A stretch of DNA of 59,139 nt. Origin: Candidatus Tayloriibacteriota bacterium. GTDB taxonomy: Bacteria > Patescibacteriota > Minisyncoccia > Phycocordibacterales > HO2-43-120. Where the stretch lies: contig JBDTMN010000006.1 of assembly GCA_039934295.1 (NCBI GenBank), forward strand, positions 1 through 59,139, read 5' to 3'. The translations under genes and the position numbers were made by a program. A model generated the notes under the pieces. It worked only from the letters and a program-made list of their open reading frames with translations, was not told the origin of the DNA and did not search any database. Positions 25,119 through 34,640 of the stretch are shown piece after piece (position 1 is the stretch's first letter; each line of letters begins with the position of its first letter).

Positions 25119-25904
25119 TTACGGGAAAATCCCTTTCAGGATACTCCGACCAATTTGCCCGACCCAATCGGGCTTCTTAGGTGGCTCCGTAGCCGCCTTG
25201 TCTGCTTGTGCCTTCTCGCATTTGACAACCATTTCTTCAATGGCATCGTTGACTGGCTCGAGAGCTTCTCCGACGCCGTCCAGGGCAGTCTTAACATGCT
25301 CCATGAAAGGCTTACCGGGTGGTTTTGGGGCTTCGGGTATCGGTTCCGGCCCCTCCAAGAGGACCTTTTCGACTTTTGCGAACAGGTCCCGCTCTATCAG
25401 AATGTCGGATGCAACCTTCGACTTCTCAGCCGATGGGGCAGTTTCCATCCTCATCCGTGCGCTTTCCAGAAACTTCTTCTTGGATTCCACGAATGCTTCA
25501 AGAGCTTTTGAATCACGTTCCGTCACTTTAGGGGTTGCTGGCGTCTCGGAATCTTTTCCCCGGAGGCGCCGACCAAAAGTTTTGATCCAGTCAGAAGCTT
25601 TCTGCAAAGCGACTTTCGTCGGTTCACCAAACTTCTGTGCCGCATCTTCGATTGTTGCCGAAATGACACCGATCACCGATCCGCATACCCAGCTTTTCAG
25701 CCAGCTATCCTTCGGCAACCGTTTTTTTAGTCTGTCGGCGACTGCTTCAGCGGACTCGTCGAAAATCGGGTCCAGAATTGAGACTATCTCATTCCAAGCT
25801 GATTCCGGGATGAGACTCTTGAAATTCGCAAAGATGCGTTGAATTACGCCCTTTGCTTCGGCTTTACCGCCATCTGTAGGTGTTGGTTTGGTTTTGTCTG
25901 CCAT
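25119..25904 (-). CDS. Hypothetical protein (GC-rich)
   Basis: ORF of 261 aa with acidic, helical-looking sequence. The long antisense ORF 25198..25842 is judged a shadow. Confidence 0.5.
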   Translation of the reverse strand: MADKTKPTPTDGGKAEAKGVIQRIFANFKSLIPESAWNEIVSILDPIFDESAEAVADRLKKRLPKDSWLKSWVCGSVIGVISATIEDAAQKFGEPTKVALQKASDWIKTFGRRLRGKDSETPATPKVTERDSKALEAFVESKKKFLESARMRMETAPSAEKSKVASDILIERDLFAKVEKVLLEGPEPIPEAPKPPGKPFMEHVKTALDGVGEALEPVNDAIEEMVVKCEKAQADKAATEPPKKPDWVGQIGRSILKGIFP

Positions 25905-26126
25905 AATTTTGTCCCAGTTTGTTTTCCGTAATTAAGTTGTCAAAGATCGAATCGGCGCGATGTGCGCTGACTTTCCTTGATGAACTTGCTAGTGTAGAGT
26001 ATAGCATAGAAAGCCCCTAATGTCAATACAAATGGGTGCTTTCAAGCTAGCAAGAAACTCCATGTTTTAAGCCATAAAAAACCCGTCTCACTGTCTTTTT
26101 TTTTGAAACTGTGGTAATTTTTAGGT

Positions 26127-28787
26127 ATGAAAATTCTTAAGGACTTTAGTAAAATCAACAAAAATGATTCTGCCATCGCTGGGGGAAAGGGGGCATCGCT
26201 GGGTGAAATGACATCCGTCTTCGCTAAAGCTACGACGGGACAAGCAAGCTGGTATAATCCGGTTCCACCCGGCTTTGTTTTGCTCGCAAATGCGTTTGAG
26301 AGATTCCTGGAGGAGACAGATTTGAATGTTGAAATCGATACTATTCTTCACACAGTTCAACATAGGGAAATTCATACGGTGGATTCGGCGTCGGAGAAGA
26401 TTCAGGCGCTAGTAAAAGGCGCGAAGATGCCAGAGGACATTGCGAAGGAAATTAAATCGTCATTCAAAAAATTAGGCGCCAAGTTTGTCGCCGTGCGTTC
26501 ATCGGCGACCGCCGAAGACTCCACGGAAGCGGCATGGGCGGGGCAGTTGGACAGCTACCTGAATACGACGGAGAAAAACGTTCTCGAAAAGGTCCAGCAC
26601 TGCTGGGCATCACTTTTTACACCGCGCGCGATTTTTTATCGTTTCGAGCTTCACGATAAGAATCGTGGCACGGATCAAACGCGGAACAACACACGGATTC
26701 ATACGAAACTAGAAAAGGTTTCAGTAGCTGTGGTAATACAGAAGATGGTTGAGTCGGAAGTGTCTGGCATTGCTTTTTCAGTGCACCCGGTAACCCAAGA
26801 CTACAATCAGCTCATTATTGAGGCTGGTCTTGGACTCGGTGAAGCAATCGTTTCCGGCCAAATAACACCCGATTCCTACGTCGTCGAAAAAAATCCCCGC
26901 CGCATCATCGACAAAAACATCTCGACCCAAGAGCGCGGTTTATTCCGAGCTTCACTTTATCCAAGTAAAGTGAAGCTTGGTAGCCATGCCCAAAACGAGT
27001 GGCTTGATATTCCAAAAGAAAAAGGTGGCTTACAAAAACTTTCGGACAAACAAATTCTCGAGCTTTCCGAGCTTGTCCTCAAAATAGAAAAACACTATGG
27101 CTTCCCCTGCGACATCGAATGGGCGTTCGCACTCGGCAAATTCTACATCACCCAGTCCCGCCCGATTACGACTCTCGCCCCTAAACCGAAAACTCCCGAT
27201 TCAAAGGCGGAGAAAAAAGGCGAGACGAAGGAGGCAGTGTGGGTGGAAAATTTCTCTGCGGACGCCTGCGGTTACGAGCTTGTTTCTGCCTTTTTGGAAT
27301 TTGGTATGTGGGACTTTCAGAGGATTATTTTTGGAAAAAAATCTCCTCTTGTTATTAGCGACTGTTTTATTGATTGCAAGGGCATTGCAGTTGCGGGTTT
27401 CTACCCAGAAAATCAAATTCGAGAAATTATAGATCGCCTCATGAATCTCATCTACTCTCGTCCTCAAAAAATCCAAAAAAATCATAAAGAGTCATACGTT
27501 ATTAACGACAAGTACGTGGCATATGCCAAAAAATGTTTTTCAAAAAACTTTAAAGCTCTGACCAATGGGCAATTATCAAAACTCTTCATCGATCTTATCG
27601 TCTGGCAGGAGAAAGCTCATCAGCATTCTCTTGGGAGCACTTGGTATGTTGATTCCCACGGAGGCACGTTCGCAAACTCGGTGCTTGAAAAAACGAAAGC
27701 TTTGGTCACATTGAATAACTCAAAACTGAACCCCGCGGAAGTCTTCACAACGCTGACCACACCAGAGGCACCGAGCTCGGGACTTCAGGAAGAGCTCGAA
27801 TCGCTTGGAATTTTAGAAAAGATCAACGCCGATAAAAAGGTAAAAGCAATTTTCCGAAATCTCAAGGATTATTCAAAAATACCCGAGGAGCTTCAAGCAT
27901 CCATGAAAAATGCCATTTCCAATCATCATGAGAAATGGCAATGGATTCCGTTTGGATACATGGGACCCGCGTACGGAGTGGATTATTATCTTGCCGTCTG
28001 GGCGGGTCTTATCCGGGAAAATCTTGATGTCAAGAAAACAATCGAGAAGCTAAGAAATCGACCGAAAGAAATCAAATCAAAAAAAAGAGAGCTTATAAAA
28101 GAACTCACAATTCCAAAAGATTTACAAAGGATCTATGAGCTTGCCGCGGATATCACATTTCTTAAGGGATATAGGAAGGATTCCTCTTATTTCGGCTTTT
28201 TTGTATTGGAAAAAATATTCAGAGAAATAAGCAAACGACTAGGCTTGAGCATTCTTGAGACCCATTTACTCCTACATACGGAGATTAGAGATTTATTGAT
28301 GAAAAACAGGAAAGCGGATAAGAAGGAAATCGAAAGGCGGAAAAAACATGCAGTCATTATTTTGAAAGACGGAAAGCTTGTCGTTCTCTCGGGAGAAAAA
28401 GCGGATGAATTCATGAAACTGAAAAAAATTAAAAAGGAGGTCTTTGAGTCCGGAGCCGATTCATTCAAAGGTACCTGCGCTTGTGCCGGATACGCAAAGG
28501 GGATGGTAAAAATTGTTAATAAACCCGATGAAATGCATAAAATGAACCAGGGAGATATCATGGTTTCTCACACGACATTTCCTTCGCTTGTTCCCGCGAT
28601 GAAGAAAGCTTCCGCCATTGTTACTGAAGATGGGGGAATCACATGCCACGCGGCAATTGTTGCGCGAGAGCTCGGGACTCCTTGTGTAACAGGCATCAAA
28701 GTGGCAACACAAGTTTTTAAAGATGGAGACGAAATAGAGGTCAAGGCCGATGACGGTATAGTAAGAAGAATTCAAAAAAAGAAATAA
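26127..28787 (+). CDS. PEP-utilising enzyme: PPDK_N ATP-grasp, central domain and C-terminal swivel phosphohistidine domain (PpsA-like or rifampicin-phosphotransferase-like architecture)
   Basis: N-terminal GGKGASLGEM...PVPPGF and VAVRSSATAEDS..ASWAGQ. C-terminal GDIMVSHTTFPSLVPAMKKASAIVTEDGGITCHAAIVARELGTPCV. No PEP-binding TIM-barrel domain follows. Confidence 0.85.
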   Translation: MKILKDFSKINKNDSAIAGGKGASLGEMTSVFAKATTGQASWYNPVPPGFVLLANAFERFLEETDLNVEIDTILHTVQHREIHTVDSASEKIQALVKGAKMPEDIAKEIKSSFKKLGAKFVAVRSSATAEDSTEAAWAGQLDSYLNTTEKNVLEKVQHCWASLFTPRAIFYRFELHDKNRGTDQTRNNTRIHTKLEKVSVAVVIQKMVESEVSGIAFSVHPVTQDYNQLIIEAGLGLGEAIVSGQITPDSYVVEKNPRRIIDKNISTQERGLFRASLYPSKVKLGSHAQNEWLDIPKEKGGLQKLSDKQILELSELVLKIEKHYGFPCDIEWAFALGKFYITQSRPITTLAPKPKTPDSKAEKKGETKEAVWVENFSADACGYELVSAFLEFGMWDFQRIIFGKKSPLVISDCFIDCKGIAVAGFYPENQIREIIDRLMNLIYSRPQKIQKNHKESYVINDKYVAYAKKCFSKNFKALTNGQLSKLFIDLIVWQEKAHQHSLGSTWYVDSHGGTFANSVLEKTKALVTLNNSKLNPAEVFTTLTTPEAPSSGLQEELESLGILEKINADKKVKAIFRNLKDYSKIPEELQASMKNAISNHHEKWQWIPFGYMGPAYGVDYYLAVWAGLIRENLDVKKTIEKLRNRPKEIKSKKRELIKELTIPKDLQRIYELAADITFLKGYRKDSSYFGFFVLEKIFREISKRLGLSILETHLLLHTEIRDLLMKNRKADKKEIERRKKHAVIILKDGKLVVLSGEKADEFMKLKKIKKEVFESGADSFKGTCACAGYAKGMVKIVNKPDEMHKMNQGDIMVSHTTFPSLVPAMKKASAIVTEDGGITCHAAIVARELGTPCVTGIKVATQVFKDGDEIEVKADDGIVRRIQKKK

Positions 28788-30268
28788 TGAAAATACCATA
28801 CAAAAAAGAATGGCATTTATTTGAAAGAGAAGATTATGCAAATTATCTCTTTGTAACGGCCACGTGGGAGGCATATCCTATTCTTGGGCCAAAATGGGGA
28901 TTTAAAACTCCAAGATATCTAGGGGCGGAGTATATTAATTCTGCCTGTAACCTTTTTGCTTTGAAAGGCGAGACCGATGAGGCCAATAAGTTTAATTTTG
29001 GTCTGTTGCTGAAAAAACCAATTTTGTGGGACGACGTCCATCTATTAAATGTGAATAATTCAAACAAACTTTTTGATTTTGGCCGAAAGACTCTTTTGAG
29101 AGACTCGACAAAATTATCTGATGAAAAACTCGCTAATATAGTGGATGAGTTTAATGGATGGCAGATAGCTGTTCACGAACCCCGTGGAATGATGTGGATG
29201 CTTGAGACCCCAGATAACATCGTAACTGAGTATCTCATGAAATATTTGAGTCTGCAGAAAATTCAGGTAAATGCGAAGACCTCTTTTTCTGAGGCATTTC
29301 AGATGCTTATTGCAGTAGCCAAGCCAAGTCTTTGGAGTGAGGAAAGAATGAATTTGGCGAAAATTGGCCTAATTAATAATAGAAAAAAAAGAAATATCGC
29401 ATTGGGGATTCACGCTCGAAAATCTGAATGGCTTGAATATGGTTTGCAAGGGAAAATTCTCGATCTTCAATATTTTACGAAAGAACTGGAGAAAATAATG
29501 TCGGAAGATCCAAGAAAAGTGATAAAAAATATCAAGCAGGAATTTACTTCACTAAAGAAGAAGCAGTTGGAAATTCAGAGAGAGTACAAAATTAATTCAG
29601 TTCACAAACGAGTTTTTAAAATTGTTCGTGATTCGAACTACGCCCGTCTTTACAGTAAATATTCTCAATTTTTTGGCTACTATGCGATGGAGGGTGTCTA
29701 CAGTGAAATCGGCAAGAGGGCTGGATTGTCACTTGAGCAGATAAGATTTCTTGGACATGATGATTTCCGAAGAGTCTTAATTGAAAAGAAGGATTTCTCA
29801 CAAGTTACTCTTGAGCGGATGAAGTACAGCCTTCATATCACTGACGGCAAAGGCCATACGGAGTATTTCTTTGGTGATGAAGCAAGAAAAGTGAGAGCAA
29901 GAATGAAATTCAAAGAGATTGAACATAAGTTGTCAGATGAAGGGAACAATACGCTAAGAGGACAGAGCGCATATAATGGAAAAGTACAAGGGCGCGTGAA
30001 AGTCATAAATCTTATTACTGAACTTGGAAAAATTCACCACGGAAATATTCTTGTCTCACATATGACAAATCCAGACATTGTCCCTGCAATGAAAATGGCC
30101 CGAGCAATAGTTACCGATCTTGGAGGAATTACCTGTCATGCTGCAATTGTTGCAAGAGAGCTGAAGAAGCCCTGTATCATAGGCACAAAAATCGCGACGA
30201 AGGTTTTGAAAGACGGCGACATGATCGAGGTAGATGCCGATAATGGAATTGTTAGAATAATTAAATAA
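28787..30268 (+). CDS. PEP-utilising swivel-domain protein lacking the ATP-grasp domain (paralog of the C-terminal two thirds of the upstream gene)
   Basis: C-terminal GNILVSHMTNPDIVPAMKMARAIVTDLGGITCHAAIVARELKKPCI. The start overlaps the upstream stop by 1 nt (TAATG). Confidence 0.75.
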   Translation: MKIPYKKEWHLFEREDYANYLFVTATWEAYPILGPKWGFKTPRYLGAEYINSACNLFALKGETDEANKFNFGLLLKKPILWDDVHLLNVNNSNKLFDFGRKTLLRDSTKLSDEKLANIVDEFNGWQIAVHEPRGMMWMLETPDNIVTEYLMKYLSLQKIQVNAKTSFSEAFQMLIAVAKPSLWSEERMNLAKIGLINNRKKRNIALGIHARKSEWLEYGLQGKILDLQYFTKELEKIMSEDPRKVIKNIKQEFTSLKKKQLEIQREYKINSVHKRVFKIVRDSNYARLYSKYSQFFGYYAMEGVYSEIGKRAGLSLEQIRFLGHDDFRRVLIEKKDFSQVTLERMKYSLHITDGKGHTEYFFGDEARKVRARMKFKEIEHKLSDEGNNTLRGQSAYNGKVQGRVKVINLITELGKIHHGNILVSHMTNPDIVPAMKMARAIVTDLGGITCHAAIVARELKKPCIIGTKIATKVLKDGDMIEVDADNGIVRIIK

Positions 30269-30303
30269 ATCCTTACATACTCTAGTATGTAAGGATGTTT
30301 TTT
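30269..30303 (+). terminator. Rho-independent terminator
   Basis: ATCCTTACATACT-ct-AGTATGTAAGGAT followed by GTTTTTT. Confidence 0.65.
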
Positions 30304-30311
30304 GGGACCAA

Positions 30312-31709
30312 CTATTTGTTTAAATGAATTTGCTTGACTACGTCAACGAGTTTGAGAAGTTCCTTACTCGCTGTGACCTTATATTTTTTTTGTATATGCA
30401 GATTCTTGAAGGCATCGGGAAGTTTTCTAAGCTCGCTCTCAAGTCTTACTTTGATTTCATCGAGATTATCTATTTTTATCAGGGCTTTGCCCTTGCTTAC
30501 CACTTCTTTCAATAATGCCTCCCCAAGATTTTCATTTTCTAATCCGATAATGTCTCCGGCCATCTTGCCTTGCTTGTACGTTCTGAAAACCTGCTTCCTT
30601 CCCGGGTAACTTTCTTTTCCCTTTGTAAGTTTTGCCTTGAGCTCAATTTCTCCGTTTTGATGCGTGAGCTCAGCCATTTTGTAAACTGCTTCAAGTTTAG
30701 GACTGTCGATAACATTTCCAACTGCCGTTCCGCAGAAGTAGAGATCAATCGGCGTCTTTCTTTTTACCATTTTGTCCACAATGTACTCGTCCAAGTTGCT
30801 CATAACCTGTATGCCTATTTTTTTTAGTCCCGCCTTGTCCAATTTATTTCTTGCCCATCTCGCCCGCTTTTCTATGTCACCCGAGTCAATAGTAATCATA
30901 AGTTTTGCCATGCCGAAATCGGTGACTTTTCTCGCCTCCTCAATAAAAATCTTCAGGCCATTTTCAATCTCATAGGTGTCAATCATGACAAATACCGAAT
31001 CACATTTTTTTAGAATGTTGTCGAAAAAATATCGAAAAGCTTCACGCTCGGAGCCGAATGATTTAATGAATGCGTGATTAATGTTTGCCCCAATTTTCCC
31101 CGAAGGTTTGTATTGAGGAAATTTTTTATAAAAAAGGGGAGTATATTGCGGACTGCCCAAAATATAGGCCTCTCGAATGTTCCAGAGTCCCTGCTCAAAG
31201 CCGGGCAGGCGGACAACCGTTCCGGACATGTATTTATCATTTCCGGTTGCCATTTTGACCCTCGTCATTTTCGTGAGTAGTCTTACGGGATAGCTCAAAA
31301 CGTTCATCATAAAAGCAGTCAGAATATTAGCTTCTCCGAGCGGAGCGGTAATGCGGATAATCGGCTCTCCTGGAAAAAAGATTGTGCCATCGAGCATGGC
31401 GAAAACGCTCCCTGTGAATTTGAAATTGCGGTAATACTTTTCGACCTCTGGAGAATCAATGAGGCCTATCTCCTTCATAATCCTAATTCCTTCTTCGTCG
31501 AATCTATAGTGAGTGAGAATGTCGATAAACCGCTCAAGACCGTTCATCACATAAAAGCTCCATGGGGAAGCAAGTTCTCGAACAACGAGGTCGTACGTCG
31601 CGGTATCGTTTACAATTCCTCGCTTGATCCACGTCAAATTGCCCACGAAAATATTGTTGTATTCGAGGAGGGGAATGTCGGTTTCGTCGATTTGGTACGT
31701 TTTAAGCAT
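30312..31709 (-). CDS. pncB: Nicotinate phosphoribosyltransferase family protein
   Basis: Length 465 aa. The N-terminal and TIM-barrel layout looks typical of the NAPRTase family. Call made from overall similarity by eye. Confidence 0.7.
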   Translation of the reverse strand: MLKTYQIDETDIPLLEYNNIFVGNLTWIKRGIVNDTATYDLVVRELASPWSFYVMNGLERFIDILTHYRFDEEGIRIMKEIGLIDSPEVEKYYRNFKFTGSVFAMLDGTIFFPGEPIIRITAPLGEANILTAFMMNVLSYPVRLLTKMTRVKMATGNDKYMSGTVVRLPGFEQGLWNIREAYILGSPQYTPLFYKKFPQYKPSGKIGANINHAFIKSFGSEREAFRYFFDNILKKCDSVFVMIDTYEIENGLKIFIEEARKVTDFGMAKLMITIDSGDIEKRARWARNKLDKAGLKKIGIQVMSNLDEYIVDKMVKRKTPIDLYFCGTAVGNVIDSPKLEAVYKMAELTHQNGEIELKAKLTKGKESYPGRKQVFRTYKQGKMAGDIIGLENENLGEALLKEVVSKGKALIKIDNLDEIKVRLESELRKLPDAFKNLHIQKKYKVTASKELLKLVDVVKQIHLNK

Positions 31710-31807
31710 GGGTGCGGCTATGTTGGCCGAGGTAAGAATAATTATGTCCGAGAACGCACTGCTTTGTCAAATAAAAAAAGAACCGAACGCGCGTTCGGCT
31801 CCTGTGA

Positions 31808-32437
31808 CTATTGATGAAAGCTTCTCATGACCCAGTCGGCGGCCCTAAGAGGAGTTTCGACGACCCGGATGAAAGGTTCGACTTCCTGGGGAAGCCATCC
31901 CCATCCTCGAAAAGTGGAGAGCATTGTCTCTCCCCACGGTCCTTTTGAGTCTGGGGGACAGAGAAGCGCGGCACGCTTTTCAATCCCATTTTTGAGCCAG
32001 CGTTTTGCCATCAGGTTGACGTAGGTGAGGAACTCAACTCCCGTACCCTGGCTTCCTTCGGCTCCGAATACGAAATCGTCCGCCTCCAAGAGATGCCCGA
32101 GACGCGCCCCGAATGCGACTTCATCAGATAGCTTCGTGTTCGAGTTTATGGCATTTTTACGACTGAGGAGGAACTGCTGAAGAGTGTCGCAATTCACTTG
32201 CTTCGTGAGGAAGTCATTTCCGGGCATCCCCCACAATGTGAAGCCGGTGCATGTTCCGCCAGCTTCCGTCGCTCCCAATGCCGGCGCCTCCATTCCGGAG
32301 CCCCCATAAGCACCGGTATAAATGTGAATTCCCCTCATAGCGAGGATTGCCGCCGTTTCTGACATGGCCCCGTACACGACTTCTCCTTTCTTCCCGCTCC
32401 CACTTCCGCAGAACGCCACAGTTTTATTATCTTCCAC
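31808..32437 (-). CDS. LOG/SLOG (TIGR00725-like) Rossmann-fold protein
   Basis: TGAYGGSGMEAPALGATEAGGTCTGF and GSQGTGVEF resemble the GGxGxMxA...GG and PGGxGTxxE motifs of LOG/SLOG proteins. Confidence 0.5.
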   Translation of the reverse strand: MEDNKTVAFCGSGSGKKGEVVYGAMSETAAILAMRGIHIYTGAYGGSGMEAPALGATEAGGTCTGFTLWGMPGNDFLTKQVNCDTLQQFLLSRKNAINSNTKLSDEVAFGARLGHLLEADDFVFGAEGSQGTGVEFLTYVNLMAKRWLKNGIEKRAALLCPPDSKGPWGETMLSTFRGWGWLPQEVEPFIRVVETPLRAADWVMRSFHQ

Positions 32438-32542
32438 AACTGTCCTTTCGTTTGGCCACCACTGGCCGTGTTTTTGGTTTTACCGATTTGTACTGAGTCG
32501 CATTATACAATTACACTATACATAAGTCAACTTCTATTTATA

Positions 32543-32570
32543 TTGACATTCATTAGTATATTATTATAAT
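32543..32570 (+). promoter_or_regulatory. Consensus sigma70-like promoter of the toxin-antitoxin operon
   Basis: TTGACA (32543-32548), a 16 nt spacer, then TATAAT (32565-32570). It ends 30 nt upstream of the ATG at 32601. Confidence 0.6.
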
Positions 32571-32600
32571 AGGCATGTTACACACTAATATAGAATAACT

Positions 32601-32831
32601 ATGACTCAAAAAGTTATACAAATTGGAAGTTCAGCGGGTATCACGATACCTAAAAAATCACTTAAGGAACTTGGTCTCAAAATCGGAGACGATGTGCGTG
32701 TGGACGTTGATCCAAAAAAAAGGAAAGTAGTAATTGAAGTGGGTGATTCTCCACAGTCGGAAGTTGTTGAATGGACGGATTTGTTCATTCATAGATACAG
32801 CAAGGCGTTAAAAGCGTTGGCAAATAAATAA
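32601..32831 (+). CDS. AbrB/MazE/SpoVT-family antitoxin
   Basis: VIQIGSSAGITIPKKSLKELGLKIGDDVRV is a swapped-hairpin beta-barrel motif. Length 76 aa, 4 nt upstream of the Doc gene. Confidence 0.8.
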   Translation: MTQKVIQIGSSAGITIPKKSLKELGLKIGDDVRVDVDPKKRKVVIEVGDSPQSEVVEWTDLFIHRYSKALKALANK

Positions 32832-32834
32832 TTC

Positions 32835-33239
32835 ATGATCCGTTATCTGACTTCTGAGGAAGTTCTTATTATTCATGCGAGAATTGTTGATGCGACAGGT
32901 GGTTTGCATGGTGTTCGAGATATTTCTCGAATCGCTTCAATGATTGAGAGGCCAAAGCAGCAATTTGGCGGGGAGGATTTGTACCCGACATTGTTCCTGA
33001 AGTCCGCAGTGTATTTTGAGGTTTCGGCATATCACCATCCGTTTGTTGATGGCAACAAGCGAACAGCTATTGCCCTCGGTGCGCGATTTCTGTTCCTAAA
33101 CGGATATGATTTAGCAACGACTGACGAAAATCTTGAGGAGTTTGTAATTGAATGTGTCATAAAAAAGAATGATTTACAAGTGATTGCCAAATGGTTCGAA
33201 AAACATTCACGGAAAATTTTGAGGAGGAAGAAAAGTTGA
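32835..33239 (+). CDS. doc: Doc (death-on-curing) Fic-family toxin
   Basis: Doc-type Fic motif HHPFVDGNKRTA. Confidence 0.88.
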   Translation: MIRYLTSEEVLIIHARIVDATGGLHGVRDISRIASMIERPKQQFGGEDLYPTLFLKSAVYFEVSAYHHPFVDGNKRTAIALGARFLFLNGYDLATTDENLEEFVIECVIKKNDLQVIAKWFEKHSRKILRRKKS

Positions 33240-33272
33240 AGTGTGTTGAATTTCCCTATATACTTTGTGGAT

Positions 33273-34532
33273 ATGAAATACGATATAAAAGACATCGGAC
33301 TTGCGGAGGAAGGCAAAAGGCGAATTGATTGGGCGGAAAGAGACATGCCCGTTTTGAGGCAGATTAAAAAAAGATTTCAGAAAGAAAAACCGTTAAAGGG
33401 CGTGCGTGTCGCGGCGTGTCTTCATGTGACTTCGGAGACGGCGAACCTGATGATAGCTCTTAAGGCCGGCGGAGCGGAGGTTACGCTCTGCGCTTCAAAT
33501 CCCCTTTCAACGCAGGATGATGTTGCGGCCTCGCTTGTTCATCACGAGAAAATTTCTGTTTTTGCCACTCACGGCGAGAACAACGAAACCTATTTTAAGC
33601 ACGTGAATTCCGCGCTCGACCTCGTGCCCCACATCACCATGGATGACGGAGCGGACCTTGTGAGCGAACTTCATAAAGGCAGGCGCGAACTTATAAAGAA
33701 TATGAAGGGAGGCACGGAAGAAACGACGACCGGAGTCATCCGCCTTCGGGCTCTTGCCAAAGAAGGCAAACTTGCGTTTCCTGTTCTTGCCGTGAATGAC
33801 GCAAAAACGAAGCACATGTTTGACAATCGCTACGGCACAGGCCAAAGCACAATTGACGGCATCATACGGGCAACGAATCGCCTTATCGCGGGGTCTACGT
33901 TTGTTGTTGCGGGGTATGGATGGTGCGGAAAAGGGGTGGCAATGCGAGCCCGCGGACTCGGAGCAAGTGTCATCGTGACGGAAATAGACGGAGTGAAAGC
34001 GCTTGAGGCGCACATGGAGGGCTTTCGAGTGATGCCAATTCGAGAGGCGGCAAAGGAGGCGGATTTTATCGTCACTTTGACGGGGGATATCGATGTGGTA
34101 AATGGAGAAGTCTTCAAGGTTATCAAGGATGGGTGCGTTGTCGCAAACTCCGGGCATTTTAATAACGAAATAAATATAAAAGATTTGGAAAAGCTTACGC
34201 GCAAAAAAACCGTTCTCAAACCGAATGTTGTGGAATACGTTTTGTCCGACGGGAGACGAGTGTACTTACTTTCCGAAGGGCGACTCGTGAATTTGGCATC
34301 TGCCGAAGGTCATCCCGCCTCGGTGATGGACATGAGCTTTGCGAATCAGGCGCTCGGCGCGGAATATATTTTGAAAAATGCCGACAAACTTGCTAAAAAC
34401 GTGCATGTCATTCCTCGAGATGTTGATGATAAAATTGCCGGTCTTAAACTGGAGGCTCTTGGCGTAAAAATCGATGCTCTCACCGCGAAACAAAAAAAGT
34501 ATTTGGAGAGCTGGGAAGAAGGGACGGAATAG
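33273..34532 (+). CDS. ahcY: Adenosylhomocysteinase
   Basis: [28 protein letters not shown], and the NAD motif [12 protein letters not shown]. Confidence 0.95.
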   Translation: MKYDIKDIGLAEEGKRRIDWAERDMPVLRQIKKRFQKEKPLKGVRVAACLHVTSETANLMIALKAGGAEVTLCASNPLSTQDDVAASLVHHEKISVFATHGENNETYFKHVNSALDLVPHITMDDGADLVSELHKGRRELIKNMKGGTEETTTGVIRLRALAKEGKLAFPVLAVNDAKTKHMFDNRYGTGQSTIDGIIRATNRLIAGSTFVVAGYGWCGKGVAMRARGLGASVIVTEIDGVKALEAHMEGFRVMPIREAAKEADFIVTLTGDIDVVNGEVFKVIKDGCVVANSGHFNNEINIKDLEKLTRKKTVLKPNVVEYVLSDGRRVYLLSEGRLVNLASAEGHPASVMDMSFANQALGAEYILKNADKLAKNVHVIPRDVDDKIAGLKLEALGVKIDALTAKQKKYLESWEEGTE

Positions 34533-34565
34533 CTGTTAGCTGTTAGGTGTTAGCTGTTAGGTGAT
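34531..34565. repeat. AGCT/AGGT heptad array fused to the ahcY stop codon
   Basis: agctgtt agctgtt aggtgtt agctgtt aggtgat. The stop TAG (34530-34532) overlaps the first unit. Confidence 0.9.
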
Positions 34566-34640
34566 TTTTCTGCCAGAAAAATCATGTCGAAAATTTTACA
34601 ATAGCCGAGCTATTGTAAAATTTTCGACTTAAAAAAAAGA

